NCBI GenBank assembly: GCA_045863855.1
Contig: BTVV01000002.1
Span: 32,001-96,000, forward strand
Reading direction: 5' to 3'
Origin: Planctomycetota bacterium
GTDB lineage: Bacteria; Planctomycetota; SZUA-567; H5-PLA8
Length of the DNA: 64,000 nucleotides
Shown: piece after piece, positions 1 to 9,849 of the stretch
Layout: the number at the start of each line of letters is the position of its first letter
Numbering within the stretch: position 1 is the stretch's first letter
Position numbers and translations under genes: made by a program
The notes under the pieces: generated by a model
The model's database searches: none
Told to the model about the DNA's origin: nothing
The model's input: only the letters and a program-made list of their open reading frames with translations

Positions 1-314
1 AGCGGACGCGCGAGATCGGATTGCGCATGGCGTTGGGCGCGACGGACCTGAACGTGCTTTCGCAGTTCCTGATCGAGGCGATGGTGCTGAGCGGGTTCGG
101 CGGCGTGGTGGGCGCGGGGCTGGGCTTGGGCGTGGCCAGCGGCGCGGTGAAAGTCTTGAGCCTCACCACGCAGAAAGAATGGCCGCTGGTGTTGAACCCC
201 GCGTCGGTGGTGGTGGCGTTGTGCTTCGCTTGCGCGATCGGCATCTTCTTCGGCTTTTACCCGGCCTGGCGCGCCAGCCGGCTCGATCCGATCGTCGCAC
301 TGCGGCACGAATAG
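1..314 (+). CDS. ABC transporter permease (MacB/FtsX family), C-terminal part; 5' end lies outside the window
   Basis: Frame reads RTREIGLRMALGA...QFLIEAMVLSGFGG...FFGFYPAWRASRLDPIVALRHE, the MacB/FtsX C-terminal signature. Confidence 0.93.
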   Translation, partial: RTREIGLRMALGATDLNVLSQFLIEAMVLSGFGGVVGAGLGLGVASGAVKVLSLTTQKEWPLVLNPASVVVALCFACAIGIFFGFYPAWRASRLDPIVALRHE

Positions 315-321
315 CCGTCGC

Positions 322-1365
322 TCAGTCCGCGGAACGTTCCAGCTTCTCCAGCCGCGCGCGCAGTTCGCGCACTTCTTTTAGCAGCTCGGGAAGCTTGCGT
401 AACGCCGCGAATTGGCGAAACGCCTCGCGCCGGGGAGCCGCCGGCGTCCCGAAGACCTCGCCTTTCGGCGGCACGTCGTCGATCGGTCCCGATTGCCCGC
501 CGACCTTGGCGGCCATGCCGATCGTGATGTGGTCGGGGATGCCCGACTGCGCACCGAGCATCGCGTAATCCTGAACGGTCGAGCTGCCCGCGACGCCGGC
601 TTGGCCGCAGACGATCACGTGCTTACCGAGCCGGACGTTGTGCCCGATCTGTACAAGATTGTCGAGCTTCGAGCCTTCGCCGATCGTCGTCTGGCCCAGC
701 GCGGCGCGGTCGACGGCGCTGTTCGCGCCGATCTCGACACGCGCGCCCACCGTCACGCCGCCGACTTGCGGAACCTTGACCAGCCGCCCTTCGCGGAACT
801 TGTAGCCGAATCCGTCGGCGCCCACGACCGCGCCGGCATGCAGGATCGTCTCGTCGCCCAGTTCGACGCGCGGATACAGCACCGCGCGCGGATGGACCAC
901 GCAGCGCTTTCCCAGTTTGCAGCCGGGGCCCACGTAGGCGCCGGCGTGAATCTCGCAGCCGTCGCCGACTACCGCGCCGGCGCGGATCACCGCGAACGGG
1001 CCGACGTAAACTTCGGCGCCCAGCTTCGCGCCGGCTTCCACGCAAGCCTGCGGATGCACGCCCGGCGCTTCGCGCACCTCGGGATACAGCGCATGCAGCG
1101 CCGCGAGCAGCGCGCCCTCGGTGTCGGCGGCTTGCAGAACCGCCACGCCTTCGGGCGCGGGCGGGTGGGGTATGCCGGGCGCGATCAGAACCGCGCCGGC
1201 GCGCGAAGCGGCCAGGAGCGGCGCGTAGCGCGGATCGGTCAGCGGCGCGAGATCGGCCGGCCCGGCGTCGCGCAGGTTGTTCGCTCCCGTCAGCGTGCGT
1301 TGCGGATCGCCTCCGGCGATCTGGGCTTTGCACCGTTCGGCCAGTTGAGCCACCGTCAGCGCCAT
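322..1365 (-). CDS. lpxD: UDP-3-O-(3-hydroxyacyl)glucosamine N-acyltransferase
   Basis: Hexapeptide repeats; GADGFGY, VEIGANSAVDR and KLDNLVQIGHNV motifs; downstream of bamA-skp. Confidence 0.95.
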   Translation of the reverse strand: MALTVAQLAERCKAQIAGGDPQRTLTGANNLRDAGPADLAPLTDPRYAPLLAASRAGAVLIAPGIPHPPAPEGVAVLQAADTEGALLAALHALYPEVREAPGVHPQACVEAGAKLGAEVYVGPFAVIRAGAVVGDGCEIHAGAYVGPGCKLGKRCVVHPRAVLYPRVELGDETILHAGAVVGADGFGYKFREGRLVKVPQVGGVTVGARVEIGANSAVDRAALGQTTIGEGSKLDNLVQIGHNVRLGKHVIVCGQAGVAGSSTVQDYAMLGAQSGIPDHITIGMAAKVGGQSGPIDDVPPKGEVFGTPAAPRREAFRQFAALRKLPELLKEVRELRARLEKLERSAD

Positions 1366-1466
1366 GGGCGAGCCTCCCTCAAACGAGAACGCGGGGCGAT
1401 CCGCACCGGTGGGTGGAATCGCCCCGCGTCGACTTCAACGGACTGCGCCGGTATCGGCGCGAACCA

Positions 1467-2186
1467 TTACTGCCCCGGCGCAGGCGCGGGGGCGGGGGCC
1501 GGCGCCGCGGCGCCTGACTTTTCGTGATCGGCATTCAGGCGCGCGATCACCTTCTCGGTGATGTCCACATCCTTGCCGTGAAAGAGAACCGGGTTTTCGC
1601 GGAAGCGCGCGACCAGTTCCATCGCGCTCTGCGCTTCGTCCTTGGCGTCCGGATTCTCGCCATCCGCCGGCGCCGCTTCGCCCGCGTCGATCGGTTCGAG
1701 CTTGTCGTCGTACTCCGGTGCGCGCATGACCAGGTCGAAGCCCAGTTCGCTGCCCACGGTGCGGATCGCCGCGCGGATATCCTTCAGCACTTCCTTCATC
1801 TCGTCCATGCGGAACTTCTCGACGTCCTTGCGCAGCTTGCGGAATTCGTCGCTCAAGCTGAACTCCATCTCCTGGAGCTGCTGCATCTTCTTGAAGACTT
1901 CGCGGTCGACCTTCGGGTCGCGCCCGCTGCGCACGTCCAGCTCGATGATGTCGCGAAATTCGCGCATCTGCTTTTCCTTCGCCTGCAGCTCGCGCCGCCG
2001 GGCGTCGAAGCGCGCCTTCAGGCGCTCCTGGATGTCCTTCACCTTTTTGTACGAATTGAACACCCGCGTGACGTTCACCACGCCGATGCGGCTCTCCGCG
2101 GCCTCGGCCCGTTCGGCCGATCCCAGCCCCAGCAGCAGCAGTCCCGCGACCGCCCACATCGAAACTCGCGCCATCTTGGCCTTCAT
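1467..2186 (-). CDS. skp: OmpH/Skp family periplasmic chaperone (copy 2)
   Basis: Signal peptide, IGVVNVTRVF, coiled coil, GFDLVM...VLF...DITEKVIARLN; lies between bamA and lpxD. Confidence 0.88.
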   Translation of the reverse strand: MKAKMARVSMWAVAGLLLLGLGSAERAEAAESRIGVVNVTRVFNSYKKVKDIQERLKARFDARRRELQAKEKQMREFRDIIELDVRSGRDPKVDREVFKKMQQLQEMEFSLSDEFRKLRKDVEKFRMDEMKEVLKDIRAAIRTVGSELGFDLVMRAPEYDDKLEPIDAGEAAPADGENPDAKDEAQSAMELVARFRENPVLFHGKDVDITEKVIARLNADHEKSGAAAPAPAPAPAPGQ

Positions 2187-2247
2187 GACTCACTCCTTCT
2201 TTCCGTACCCAGGTTCGTTCGAATCCCGCTTGGCCCGGCCCCGCGAA

Positions 2248-2949
2248 TCACGGCGCTTTCTGCGCGCCCGCCGCCCGCTGGGCATACTCGTCGTTCAACC
2301 GCTTCAACACCGCGTCCGTCAAGTCTGCCGCCTGCGTCCCGAAGAGCACCGGGTTGCGCTTGAAGCGTATCACCAGCGCTTCCGTCGACTGCGGCTCCAA
2401 AATGCCCTTAATCTGCTCGTCCAGCGGATGCTCCTTCGCCGGATCGGCCGCCGGCGCTTCTTCGTTCAGCGAAAGCTCGTCGTCGCTGTACGGCGTGCGC
2501 ACCACGATCTCGAACCCGCGCGCCTGGGCTTCCACGCGCACCGCCGCCTTGATCTCGTTCAACACGTCCCGCATCTCTTCGCCGTAGCGCTTCTGAACCT
2601 CCGCCTCAACCTGATTCAGCGCCTTGCGGTACAGGAACTCCTTCTTGTTGAACCCTTGCAGCGTATCGAAGAGCAGTTCGCTGTCGGCGCGCGCGTGCTT
2701 GCGCATGTTCTGAATTTTCTCGGCCATGTCCTTCAGGATGCGCGCTTCTTCTTCAAGTTCCTTGCGCCGCGTCTCGAACTGGCTTTGCAGCCGGCGCTCC
2801 ACGTCCGCGACTTTCTTGTAGGTTTTGAAAACCTTGGAGACGTCCACGACCGCCAGTTTCTTGGCTTCGCCCGCCGCCAGCTTCGGGGCGAAGCACAGGC
2901 CCGCGACCGCCGCGACGATACCCAAGACCGTGCGCATTCCGTACGTCAT
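2248..2949 (-). CDS. skp: OmpH/Skp family periplasmic chaperone (copy 1)
   Basis: Signal peptide, LAVVDVSKVF, coiled coil, GFEIVV...VLF...DLTDAVLKRLN. Confidence 0.88.
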   Translation of the reverse strand: MTYGMRTVLGIVAAVAGLCFAPKLAAGEAKKLAVVDVSKVFKTYKKVADVERRLQSQFETRRKELEEEARILKDMAEKIQNMRKHARADSELLFDTLQGFNKKEFLYRKALNQVEAEVQKRYGEEMRDVLNEIKAAVRVEAQARGFEIVVRTPYSDDELSLNEEAPAADPAKEHPLDEQIKGILEPQSTEALVIRFKRNPVLFGTQAADLTDAVLKRLNDEYAQRAAGAQKAP

Positions 2950-3116
2950 GCCCGCCTGCTCCTAGACCGTTCCGCCTGCCGCGCCAAGCCCGCGCGAAAA
3001 TACGCAATGGCTAACGGACGCGCCACCCGGATAGACCTTGACCCGTATTGAAAAAACCAGTCTACCACGCGCGCGCGCCCACGATAGGCCCACTGCGCCT
3101 TGTGCGTTCCTGCCGA

Positions 3117-5660
3117 TCAGAACCGGGTGCCGAACGTGAAGTCCACCGTCTTGGTGCGGTCCTCGTCGTTCTTGACCAGCGGCCGCGAAATGAAGATTCG
3201 GAACGGCAACGGCGACAGCGGCGTGCGGATCGCCAGCCCGATGCCCGCCGAAGCGCGCAGACCGGTATCGTTGAGCACCTCGCTGCCCGGGTCCGTCTCG
3301 CCCGCGTCCCAGACCGAGCCGGCATCGACAAAGACGGAGGCGCGCACGATTTCTTCATACAGCGGCAGGCTGTATTCGGCCGTGACCGCCACCTGCTTCT
3401 TGCCGCCGATGTAAAACCCGTTCTCTTGCGGAGAGATCGTGCGGTTTTCGAAGCCGCGGATAGTCCCGATGCCGCCGCCGTAGTAACGCAGGAACGGCGG
3501 CACTTCGTCGGTGCCCAGGTACGACTCGACCAGCCCGGCGGTTCCGCGCAGTTCGAGGATATGCTTGCCGCCGCCCTTGGTCTTGAAGAGGGTGAAGTAG
3601 CGCGCCACGTCGATCTGCGGGCGCACCCAGTCCACGCTGCCCAAAAGCGGCCCGCCGCCGAACTCGAGGCTCGCTTCCATGAAGTACCCGCGGCTGGGCA
3701 GAATGCGCGAATCGCGGCTGTCGTACACCAGGCGCGGGCGCAGCGAACTCAGGATCCGCGAGCCTTCCTGATCTTGGAAGATCGACGGCAGGTTTTCGTC
3801 CGTCTCGCCGATCGTCGTGTAGCTGAAGCGGTACGTCATGTCGAAGTCCCAGCGCGGGCCCCAGAGCCGCTTGCCGGCGGTCACCGAGAAGCCGGTGTTG
3901 GTTTCGTCGAAATCCTTGTACTGGGAATCGACCGTATGAAAGATGCTGCCGCCCAAGCGGATCGGACGGTCGAACGCCCAAGGCTCGTAGAACGAGACCG
4001 AGTAACGCTGCCGGGACGTGCCGGCCTGCGCGTCGATGGAGAAGTTCTGGCCCGCGCCGACGAAGCTGTTGCCCGAGACGAAGTCGCTCCAGCTCTTGGG
4101 CAGGTCCGTGTAGTCGAAGTTCTTCTGCGCCAGGCTCACATTGCCCAGGATGCTGTCCACCGACGAGACGCCCAGCCCGAAATTGAACTCGCCCGTCGGC
4201 TTCTCCGTCACGTCGATGACGATATCCGTCTCTTCGCCGTTCTCGGTGGGCTCCGTCTCGATGCGAATGTCTTCTTCGAAGTAGCTCAGCCGCCGGAGCT
4301 GGTCCTTGGCCTGCTCGATCTTCGTGGTGTCCACGCGGTCGCCGGGGAAAAGGTTGAGCTGGCGGACGATGACTTTGTCCTTGGTCTTCGTGTTGCCGCG
4401 CACCAGCACTTCCCGCACCGTCACTTCGCTGCCTTCCTGGATCACCATTTCCACGTCGTACAGATTCTTGCCGTCCTTGGTGCGCTCCGGATCGGTCACG
4501 AACTTGCGGTCGGTGGCCACCTTCGTAAAGACGCGCCCGTATTCGCCGTACAGCTTCACGATCCGCTCTTTATCGTCGTTCAGCAGCACGTCCGAGAATA
4601 CGTTGCCCGGCTTTAGTTTCATAACCGCCTGAATCTCGCTCAGCGGCAGGCTCTCGTAGCCCTTCAGCACCAAGTTTCCGACGCGGTACTGCGGGCCTTC
4701 GTAGATCTGAAACTCGACATCGGCCAGCTTCTTGCGTTTGCGGAACCAGTTGAAGTGCAGCTCGTCGCCCACCTCGATGCGGTATTCCTTCACTTCCGCG
4801 TCCATGTACCCGGCGCGGCGGTACCAGTACTCCAGGCGCTGCTTGTCCGTTTCCATCTGTTCTTCGTTCAAGTCGCCCGCGCGGAAAAGCCGGCGCGGCT
4901 TGGTCTGAGTTACGGCCAGCAACTGTTCTTCGGTGAAAGCCGTGTTGCCTTTGAAGGACAGAACGCGCACCGAGATGGGATGGCCTTCGTTGATCTTGAA
5001 GGTGATGTTCACTTCGTCCTGCACGTCCGTCCACTTGCTCGCCACGTACTGCTTATGGCTCGAGACGGTCTGGACATCGTAGGTGCAGGTGGCGTCGCGG
5101 AAGGCTTTGCCGTGGTAGAGCTTCTCGATCGCGCGCGCATCCAGGTGCACCTGCCCGATCTGAAAGCGCCCGCCTTCGACGGTCTTGATCGCGCCTTTGA
5201 GTTCCGAGTCTTTGATCGCGCTGCTGTCTTTGAAGATGATCTTCTTGACCGTGGCCATCTCGACGAGGTCGATGACCAGCTTCACGCCGTTGAAGTAAGG
5301 GATCGGCGGCGTGATGCGGACGTTGAGGAAGAAGCCGGAATCGGTGAGGCGGTGCCAGTCGTCGTCCCAGATCTTCGGGTCGAACGGGCGTCCGACGCGG
5401 GTGCGGATCAGGCGCAGGACGGTGCTTTTTTCGACGCGGATGTTGCCGCGGACTTCGATCTCGCGGACGACCGCCCCGCCCTCGGCGGGCGCGCCTTCGG
5501 GCGCCGGTTCCGGTTCAGGTCCGGGTTCCTCGCCCGCGCGGAGGTTGACGGCCAGGACCGCGCACAGGAGCACTCCCGTATAAAGCCCTAGCCGGAAAGT
5601 GCGTGTAATTACGCCGCCGCGCCGAGCGCGGCCGGATACCCTTCGAGCGGACCCCCACAT
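3117..5660 (-). CDS. bamA: Outer membrane protein assembly factor BamA (Omp85); start uncertain, ATG at 5660 chosen because it does not overlap dnaB
   Basis: POTRA repeats (IEVRGNIRV, VRGNTKTKDKVIVR), YGGGIGTIRGF motif, C-terminal FTFGTRF. Confidence 0.95.
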   Translation of the reverse strand: MWGSARRVSGRARRGGVITRTFRLGLYTGVLLCAVLAVNLRAGEEPGPEPEPAPEGAPAEGGAVVREIEVRGNIRVEKSTVLRLIRTRVGRPFDPKIWDDDWHRLTDSGFFLNVRITPPIPYFNGVKLVIDLVEMATVKKIIFKDSSAIKDSELKGAIKTVEGGRFQIGQVHLDARAIEKLYHGKAFRDATCTYDVQTVSSHKQYVASKWTDVQDEVNITFKINEGHPISVRVLSFKGNTAFTEEQLLAVTQTKPRRLFRAGDLNEEQMETDKQRLEYWYRRAGYMDAEVKEYRIEVGDELHFNWFRKRKKLADVEFQIYEGPQYRVGNLVLKGYESLPLSEIQAVMKLKPGNVFSDVLLNDDKERIVKLYGEYGRVFTKVATDRKFVTDPERTKDGKNLYDVEMVIQEGSEVTVREVLVRGNTKTKDKVIVRQLNLFPGDRVDTTKIEQAKDQLRRLSYFEEDIRIETEPTENGEETDIVIDVTEKPTGEFNFGLGVSSVDSILGNVSLAQKNFDYTDLPKSWSDFVSGNSFVGAGQNFSIDAQAGTSRQRYSVSFYEPWAFDRPIRLGGSIFHTVDSQYKDFDETNTGFSVTAGKRLWGPRWDFDMTYRFSYTTIGETDENLPSIFQDQEGSRILSSLRPRLVYDSRDSRILPSRGYFMEASLEFGGGPLLGSVDWVRPQIDVARYFTLFKTKGGGKHILELRGTAGLVESYLGTDEVPPFLRYYGGGIGTIRGFENRTISPQENGFYIGGKKQVAVTAEYSLPLYEEIVRASVFVDAGSVWDAGETDPGSEVLNDTGLRASAGIGLAIRTPLSPLPFRIFISRPLVKNDEDRTKTVDFTFGTRF

Positions 5661-5671
5661 CCGAACCAGAA

Positions 5672-7072
5672 TCAAACCCCCACGGGGCTGGGCGCGTCTG
5701 CCAGCTCCGGCATGTACGTCTCGAAACGGAACTGCTCGGGGAAGAAGCTCAACTTCACATCCCCGCACGCGCCGTTACGGTTCTTCTGCACGATCGCCGT
5801 AACGTCGCGGGTCATGACGTTATTTTCGTCCAACTCGCGGTGCAGCATCAGTACCACGTCCGCATCTTGTTCAATTGAGCCCGATTCGCGCAGGTCGGTC
5901 AGGGCCGGTTTCTTGTGTTCCTGGCCCTGCGGCGGCCGGCGCAACTGGCTCAGCAGAATGATCGGAATTTTCAATTCGCGGGCAATGTGCTTCACTTGCC
6001 GCGAGAGCTCCGCGACCGCCTGCTCGCGGCTGTCCATCGAGCGGCTGGTCTGCATGAGCTGCAAGTAGTCGATCAGCAAAAGCTTCACGTTCTCCCGGTG
6101 CACCAGCCGCCGCGCGCGCGCGCGCAGTTCCGTCGTGGTGATTCCGGGCTGGTCGTCGATGAAGATCGGCGCCTGGCCCAACTGCTTAGCCGCATCCTTG
6201 ACCACTTCGAAATCGTCGTCGTCGAACTGGTACGTGCGCATCTTCTCGCTGTTGATCCGAGCTTCGGCGCAAAGCAGATTTTTGCTCACCTGCTCCTTGG
6301 GCATTTCCAAGCTGAAGATTCCCACGCCCACCGGGTTTCGTTCGGTCGGCCGGCAAGCCACTTTCCGCGCGATGTTGATCGAGAGCGTCGTCTTGCCCAC
6401 GCTGGGGCGCGCCGCCACGATGATCACTTCGCCCGGCCAAAGCCCTCCCGCGAACATCCGATCCAGGTCGTGGAACCCCGTCGGGATCGCGCCCGTATCG
6501 ATCTTCCGGCCTTCGCGCCGGGCCGCCACGTGCAGCTCGGCCTGCTCAAGCACGTTCTCCAGAACCGTATGGATCGAGACCGGCTCCTGGCTCGAGCGCC
6601 GGTCCGAGATCTTGTAGATGATCTCCTCGGCCTTGCTCACCAGTCCGGCCACGTCCTGGCCCGAACCCGGCTGCTGAACCATCTGCAGAATCTGGCCGGC
6701 GCTCTGCAGCAGTTCCCGCTCTACGGCCCGTTCGCGCACCAGCCGGCAGTAGCGCTCGATGTTCCCGGGACTGGGCGTGCGCTCGGTCAGCGCTCCAATC
6801 ACGCCTTCGCCGCCGACCCGTTCCACCCAGCCGCGCCGCCGCAGCTCGCTCTGCACGTACAGCAGGTCCAAATCGGGCTGCTGCTCGTACAACTCGCGGA
6901 AGAGCTTAAAGAGCAACTGGTAGCGCGGGACGTAAAAGTCCTCTGCTACCAGCATTTCCACGGCCACCGTCGCGGCTTCCTCGGCGGCCAACATCGACCC
7001 CAGCACGCCGGCCTCTGCAGGCTCGTCGTGCGGCGGAATCTGCTCCAGCGGGTGCTGCGCAGCCTGGGCCAT
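5672..7072 (-). CDS. dnaB: Replicative DNA helicase
   Basis: PPHDEPAEAGVLG, AARPSVGKT (Walker A), FSLEM, IDYLQLM, DLRESGSIEQDAD, KNRNG. Confidence 0.97.
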   Translation of the reverse strand: MAQAAQHPLEQIPPHDEPAEAGVLGSMLAAEEAATVAVEMLVAEDFYVPRYQLLFKLFRELYEQQPDLDLLYVQSELRRRGWVERVGGEGVIGALTERTPSPGNIERYCRLVRERAVERELLQSAGQILQMVQQPGSGQDVAGLVSKAEEIIYKISDRRSSQEPVSIHTVLENVLEQAELHVAARREGRKIDTGAIPTGFHDLDRMFAGGLWPGEVIIVAARPSVGKTTLSINIARKVACRPTERNPVGVGIFSLEMPKEQVSKNLLCAEARINSEKMRTYQFDDDDFEVVKDAAKQLGQAPIFIDDQPGITTTELRARARRLVHRENVKLLLIDYLQLMQTSRSMDSREQAVAELSRQVKHIARELKIPIILLSQLRRPPQGQEHKKPALTDLRESGSIEQDADVVLMLHRELDENNVMTRDVTAIVQKNRNGACGDVKLSFFPEQFRFETYMPELADAPSPVGV

Positions 7073-7074
7073 GC

Positions 7075-7524
7075 TTAATCGGACTCGGCCACGATCCAGA
7101 CTTTAATCACCGCCTCATGACCCGCGGCGACTCGCAGCGTGACATCCGGCGTACCCAGCGTCTTGAACGGAGCCTCCAGCACCACCGCCGACTCGGGAAT
7201 CTGGATCTTGTGCTCCTTGAGGATCGCGTCCGCGATCTCCTTGGCGCCCACCGACCCGTAAAGCTTCTCTTCCTGAGCCTTCGCCGTGATGGTCACCGAG
7301 CGACCGTTGATCGTCTCGACCATCTTCTTGAGGTCTTCCAGGCGCTGCGCTTCGCGTTGTGCGGCGCGCTTGCGCTCGGCCTGAATCTGGCGCTCGGCGT
7401 CAGCCGTGCACTGGAAGGCCAATTGGCGCGGAAGCAAGTAGTTACGCGCGAAGCCGACTTTGACATCGACCACTTCGCCCAGTTTGCCCAGCTTTTCCAC
7501 ATCCGTACGGAGAATGACCTTCAT
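7075..7524 (-). CDS. rplI: 50S ribosomal protein L9
   Basis: MKVILRTDVEKLGKLGEVVDVKVGFARNYLLP; KLYGSV. Confidence 0.97.
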   Translation of the reverse strand: MKVILRTDVEKLGKLGEVVDVKVGFARNYLLPRQLAFQCTADAERQIQAERKRAAQREAQRLEDLKKMVETINGRSVTITAKAQEEKLYGSVGAKEIADAILKEHKIQIPESAVVLEAPFKTLGTPDVTLRVAAGHEAVIKVWIVAESD

Positions 7525-7685
7525 GGTCTATCCCCCCCTTCACCATGGGGTTATGTATCGGCAGCCTTGGATCGAGTCCACATGTGCCTTTGGGCACACT
7601 TCGTCTAACAGTGCACGCGTGCTTAGCAAGAGACGGACGCCGGATTCCGGAGGATACTTCACGGTTCCCCGGATACCCACTACAT

Positions 7686-7895
7686 CTAGCGTCCGACGAA
7701 AGGCAGAAGCCCCAGATATCGAGCCCGCTTGACGGCGATTTTAATCCGCCGCTGGCAGAACGAGCACGCGCCCGAGCGCTTCCGCGAATACAGCTTGCCT
7801 TGCGGTGTGATCAGCTTGGTCAAGGTTCGTACATCCTTGTAGTCCACCAAGCACCGGCTTTCCTTCATGAAGCGGCAATTACGTTGTGTAGCCAC
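7686..7895 (-). CDS. rpsR: 30S ribosomal protein S18
   Basis: VDYKDV...GKLYSRKRSG...QRRIKIAVKRARYLGLLPF; GTG start with AAGGAGG RBS. Confidence 0.95.
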   Translation of the reverse strand: MATQRNCRFMKESRCLVDYKDVRTLTKLITPQGKLYSRKRSGACSFCQRRIKIAVKRARYLGLLPFVGR

Positions 7896-7939
7896 GGCGT
7901 TCCGGCCTCCTTATGGTTTCGATCTATCCCGCATCCCCA

Positions 7940-8431
7940 TCAGAACGGAATATCGTCCTCGGGGATGTCCAGGTCCTGGTTCACGTCCTCGGGGCTAGGT
8001 CCGGCGGGCGCACCTTGCGGAGGGCGCTGCTGACCGCGAGCCGGCGGTCGCCCGCCGCCTTCCCGGCTGCCTCCTCCGCCCCCGCCGCCTTCGCCCTTGC
8101 TGCCGAGGAACTGCATGCGGTTCCCGATCACCTTCAACTTGGAGCGCTTCTGGCCCGTCTGCCGGTCATCCCACTGGTCCAGCTTCAAGGTGCCTTCCAC
8201 CAGCACCGGCCGGCCCTTGGAAAGATACTGGCTGGCGATTTCGGCCTGCCGCCCGAAGAGGTCCACGTCGACGAACGTGACGTCTTCGCGCCATTCGTTC
8301 GTCTTGCTGTCCTTGAACTTGCGGTTGATGGCCATGCGCAGGCTCGTCACGGCCGTCCCGGAAGGCGTGTAGCGCATTTCCGGATCGGCCGTCAGGTTGC
8401 CGGCGAGGATCACGATGTTGATGTTGGCCAC
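7940..8431 (-). CDS. ssb: Single-stranded DNA-binding protein
   Basis: [17 protein letters not shown] fold, Gly-rich linker, C-terminal DDIPF. Confidence 0.97.
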   Translation of the reverse strand: MANINIVILAGNLTADPEMRYTPSGTAVTSLRMAINRKFKDSKTNEWREDVTFVDVDLFGRQAEIASQYLSKGRPVLVEGTLKLDQWDDRQTGQKRSKLKVIGNRMQFLGSKGEGGGGGGGSREGGGRPPARGQQRPPQGAPAGPSPEDVNQDLDIPEDDIPF

Positions 8432-8499
8432 GTTCCAACCTCCTCAGCGTCCGCCTGCGATGACTGCGCGGCGCGTTGAGCGCCGTTCTGCTTGGACGA

Positions 8500-9105
8500 T
8501 TAGCGCCGCCCGCCGCCGCCACGGTCTCCGCGATCGCCCCGGTCGAAGCGCCCGCCGCCGCCGCCTTCACGACCGCCGCCCCCCCCACCGCCTTCGCGCT
8601 TGCCGAAGAAGCGCCGACCGCCGCCCCCGCCGCCGCCGCCCCCACGGTCACCGCCGCCGCCAAAGCCGCCAAAGGCCTTGTCGTCGTCGGGCGTAAGCTG
8701 CGTCGGAGTCAGCGTGATCCCGTCCTCATCCTTCACGATCAGCGCGCGCATCACCAGTTCGCTGATCTGGATGTTGCGCTCCAGCTTCGTCACGTTCTCG
8801 GGCTCGCACGTGATATGGGCCAGCATGTACAGCCCGCGCTTGCGCTTCTTGATCGAGTACGCCAGCCGGCGCTCTTCCCACTTGTCGCCGTTGACCCACG
8901 CGCCGCCGCTCTTCTCGACCAGTTCCTTGAGCCCGTCGACGACCTTGGTCATGTTCTCGCGCCCGAGGTTCACGTCGACGACCCACATGATCTCGTAGAG
9001 CCGATGACCCTTGGGCACATCGCACATGATGATCGGGGGCGCCGCTTCGGGCTTCGGCACCACCACGTCGTCCGTCCTTACCGCCACTTTTTCCTGTTCG
9101 GCCAT
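8500..9105 (-). CDS. rpsF: 30S ribosomal protein S6 with N-terminal extension and Gly/Arg-rich C-terminal tail
   Basis: LYEIMWVVD...WEERRLAYSIKK...LERNIQISELVMRALIVK; position in pth-rpsF-ssb-rpsR. Confidence 0.93.
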   Translation of the reverse strand: MAEQEKVAVRTDDVVVPKPEAAPPIIMCDVPKGHRLYEIMWVVDVNLGRENMTKVVDGLKELVEKSGGAWVNGDKWEERRLAYSIKKRKRGLYMLAHITCEPENVTKLERNIQISELVMRALIVKDEDGITLTPTQLTPDDDKAFGGFGGGGDRGGGGGGGGGRRFFGKREGGGGGGGREGGGGGRFDRGDRGDRGGGGRR

Positions 9106-9126
9106 GATCCGTCCGCCTCCTCGGTC

Positions 9127-9813
9127 TTATCCTTCGGTTCCCGTTTCGTCCTTCCGCCGCGGCGCTCCCGGTCCTTCCGCCTCCGGCGTGCGGTTGTAAC
9201 GATTCATCGCATCCGCGATTCCGTATCCGGCCCAGACCAGGCAAGCCTCCACGGCCCGCCCCATGGACTGCGCCAGCACCTGCTCTTCTTCCTTCCCGAA
9301 CCGCCCCAGCACGTGTCCCGCCAGATCGCCCGCGGGGCGCGCCGCGCTGTCCTCCCGGCCGCCCACACCCAGCCGCATCCGCGCATACGCCTGGCTGCCC
9401 AGGCAGCGTTCGATGTCCTTCAGCCCGTTGTGCCCGCCGGCCGATCCGTCCTGGCGCAGCCGCAGCCGCCCCACCGGCAGGCTCACGTCGTCCACCACCA
9501 CCAGCAGGTCCTCGCGCGGGATCTTGTAGAACCCCGCCAAGTCGCGCACCGCTTCGCCGGAGAGGTTCATGAAGGTCTGTGGCTTGGCCAGCAGCAGCCG
9601 GCCGTCGCCCGCCTTCGGGCCGTGGTTGCGGGACGGCAGCGCCGCTTCCCCGTACTCGGCCTTGAACTTCTTCCGGTCCAGCGACGCGCCCAACAGAATC
9701 GCCAGATGGTCCACCACGCGGAACCCCGCGTTATGCCGCGTCTGCTCGTACGACCGGCCGGGGTTGCCCAAACCCACGATCAGCTTCACCGGCCCGCCCT
9801 CCGCCGCCGTCAA
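9127..9813 (-). CDS. pth: Peptidyl-tRNA hydrolase
   Basis: LIVGLGNPG..Y..TRHNAGF, KPQTFMNLSG, GSAGGHNGL. Confidence 0.97.
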   Translation of the reverse strand: MTAAEGGPVKLIVGLGNPGRSYEQTRHNAGFRVVDHLAILLGASLDRKKFKAEYGEAALPSRNHGPKAGDGRLLLAKPQTFMNLSGEAVRDLAGFYKIPREDLLVVVDDVSLPVGRLRLRQDGSAGGHNGLKDIERCLGSQAYARMRLGVGGREDSAARPAGDLAGHVLGRFGKEEEQVLAQSMGRAVEACLVWAGYGIADAMNRYNRTPEAEGPGAPRRKDETGTEG

Positions 9814-9849
9814 GCCGCCGCGCGGCTGCGCGACAGTTCGCTCGGCAGG

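Noticed and set aside
2217..2227. GTTCGAATCCC, resembling a tRNA T-loop, between the skp genes
   Set aside because: The flanks do not form a T-stem and the 61-nt gap cannot hold a cloverleaf.
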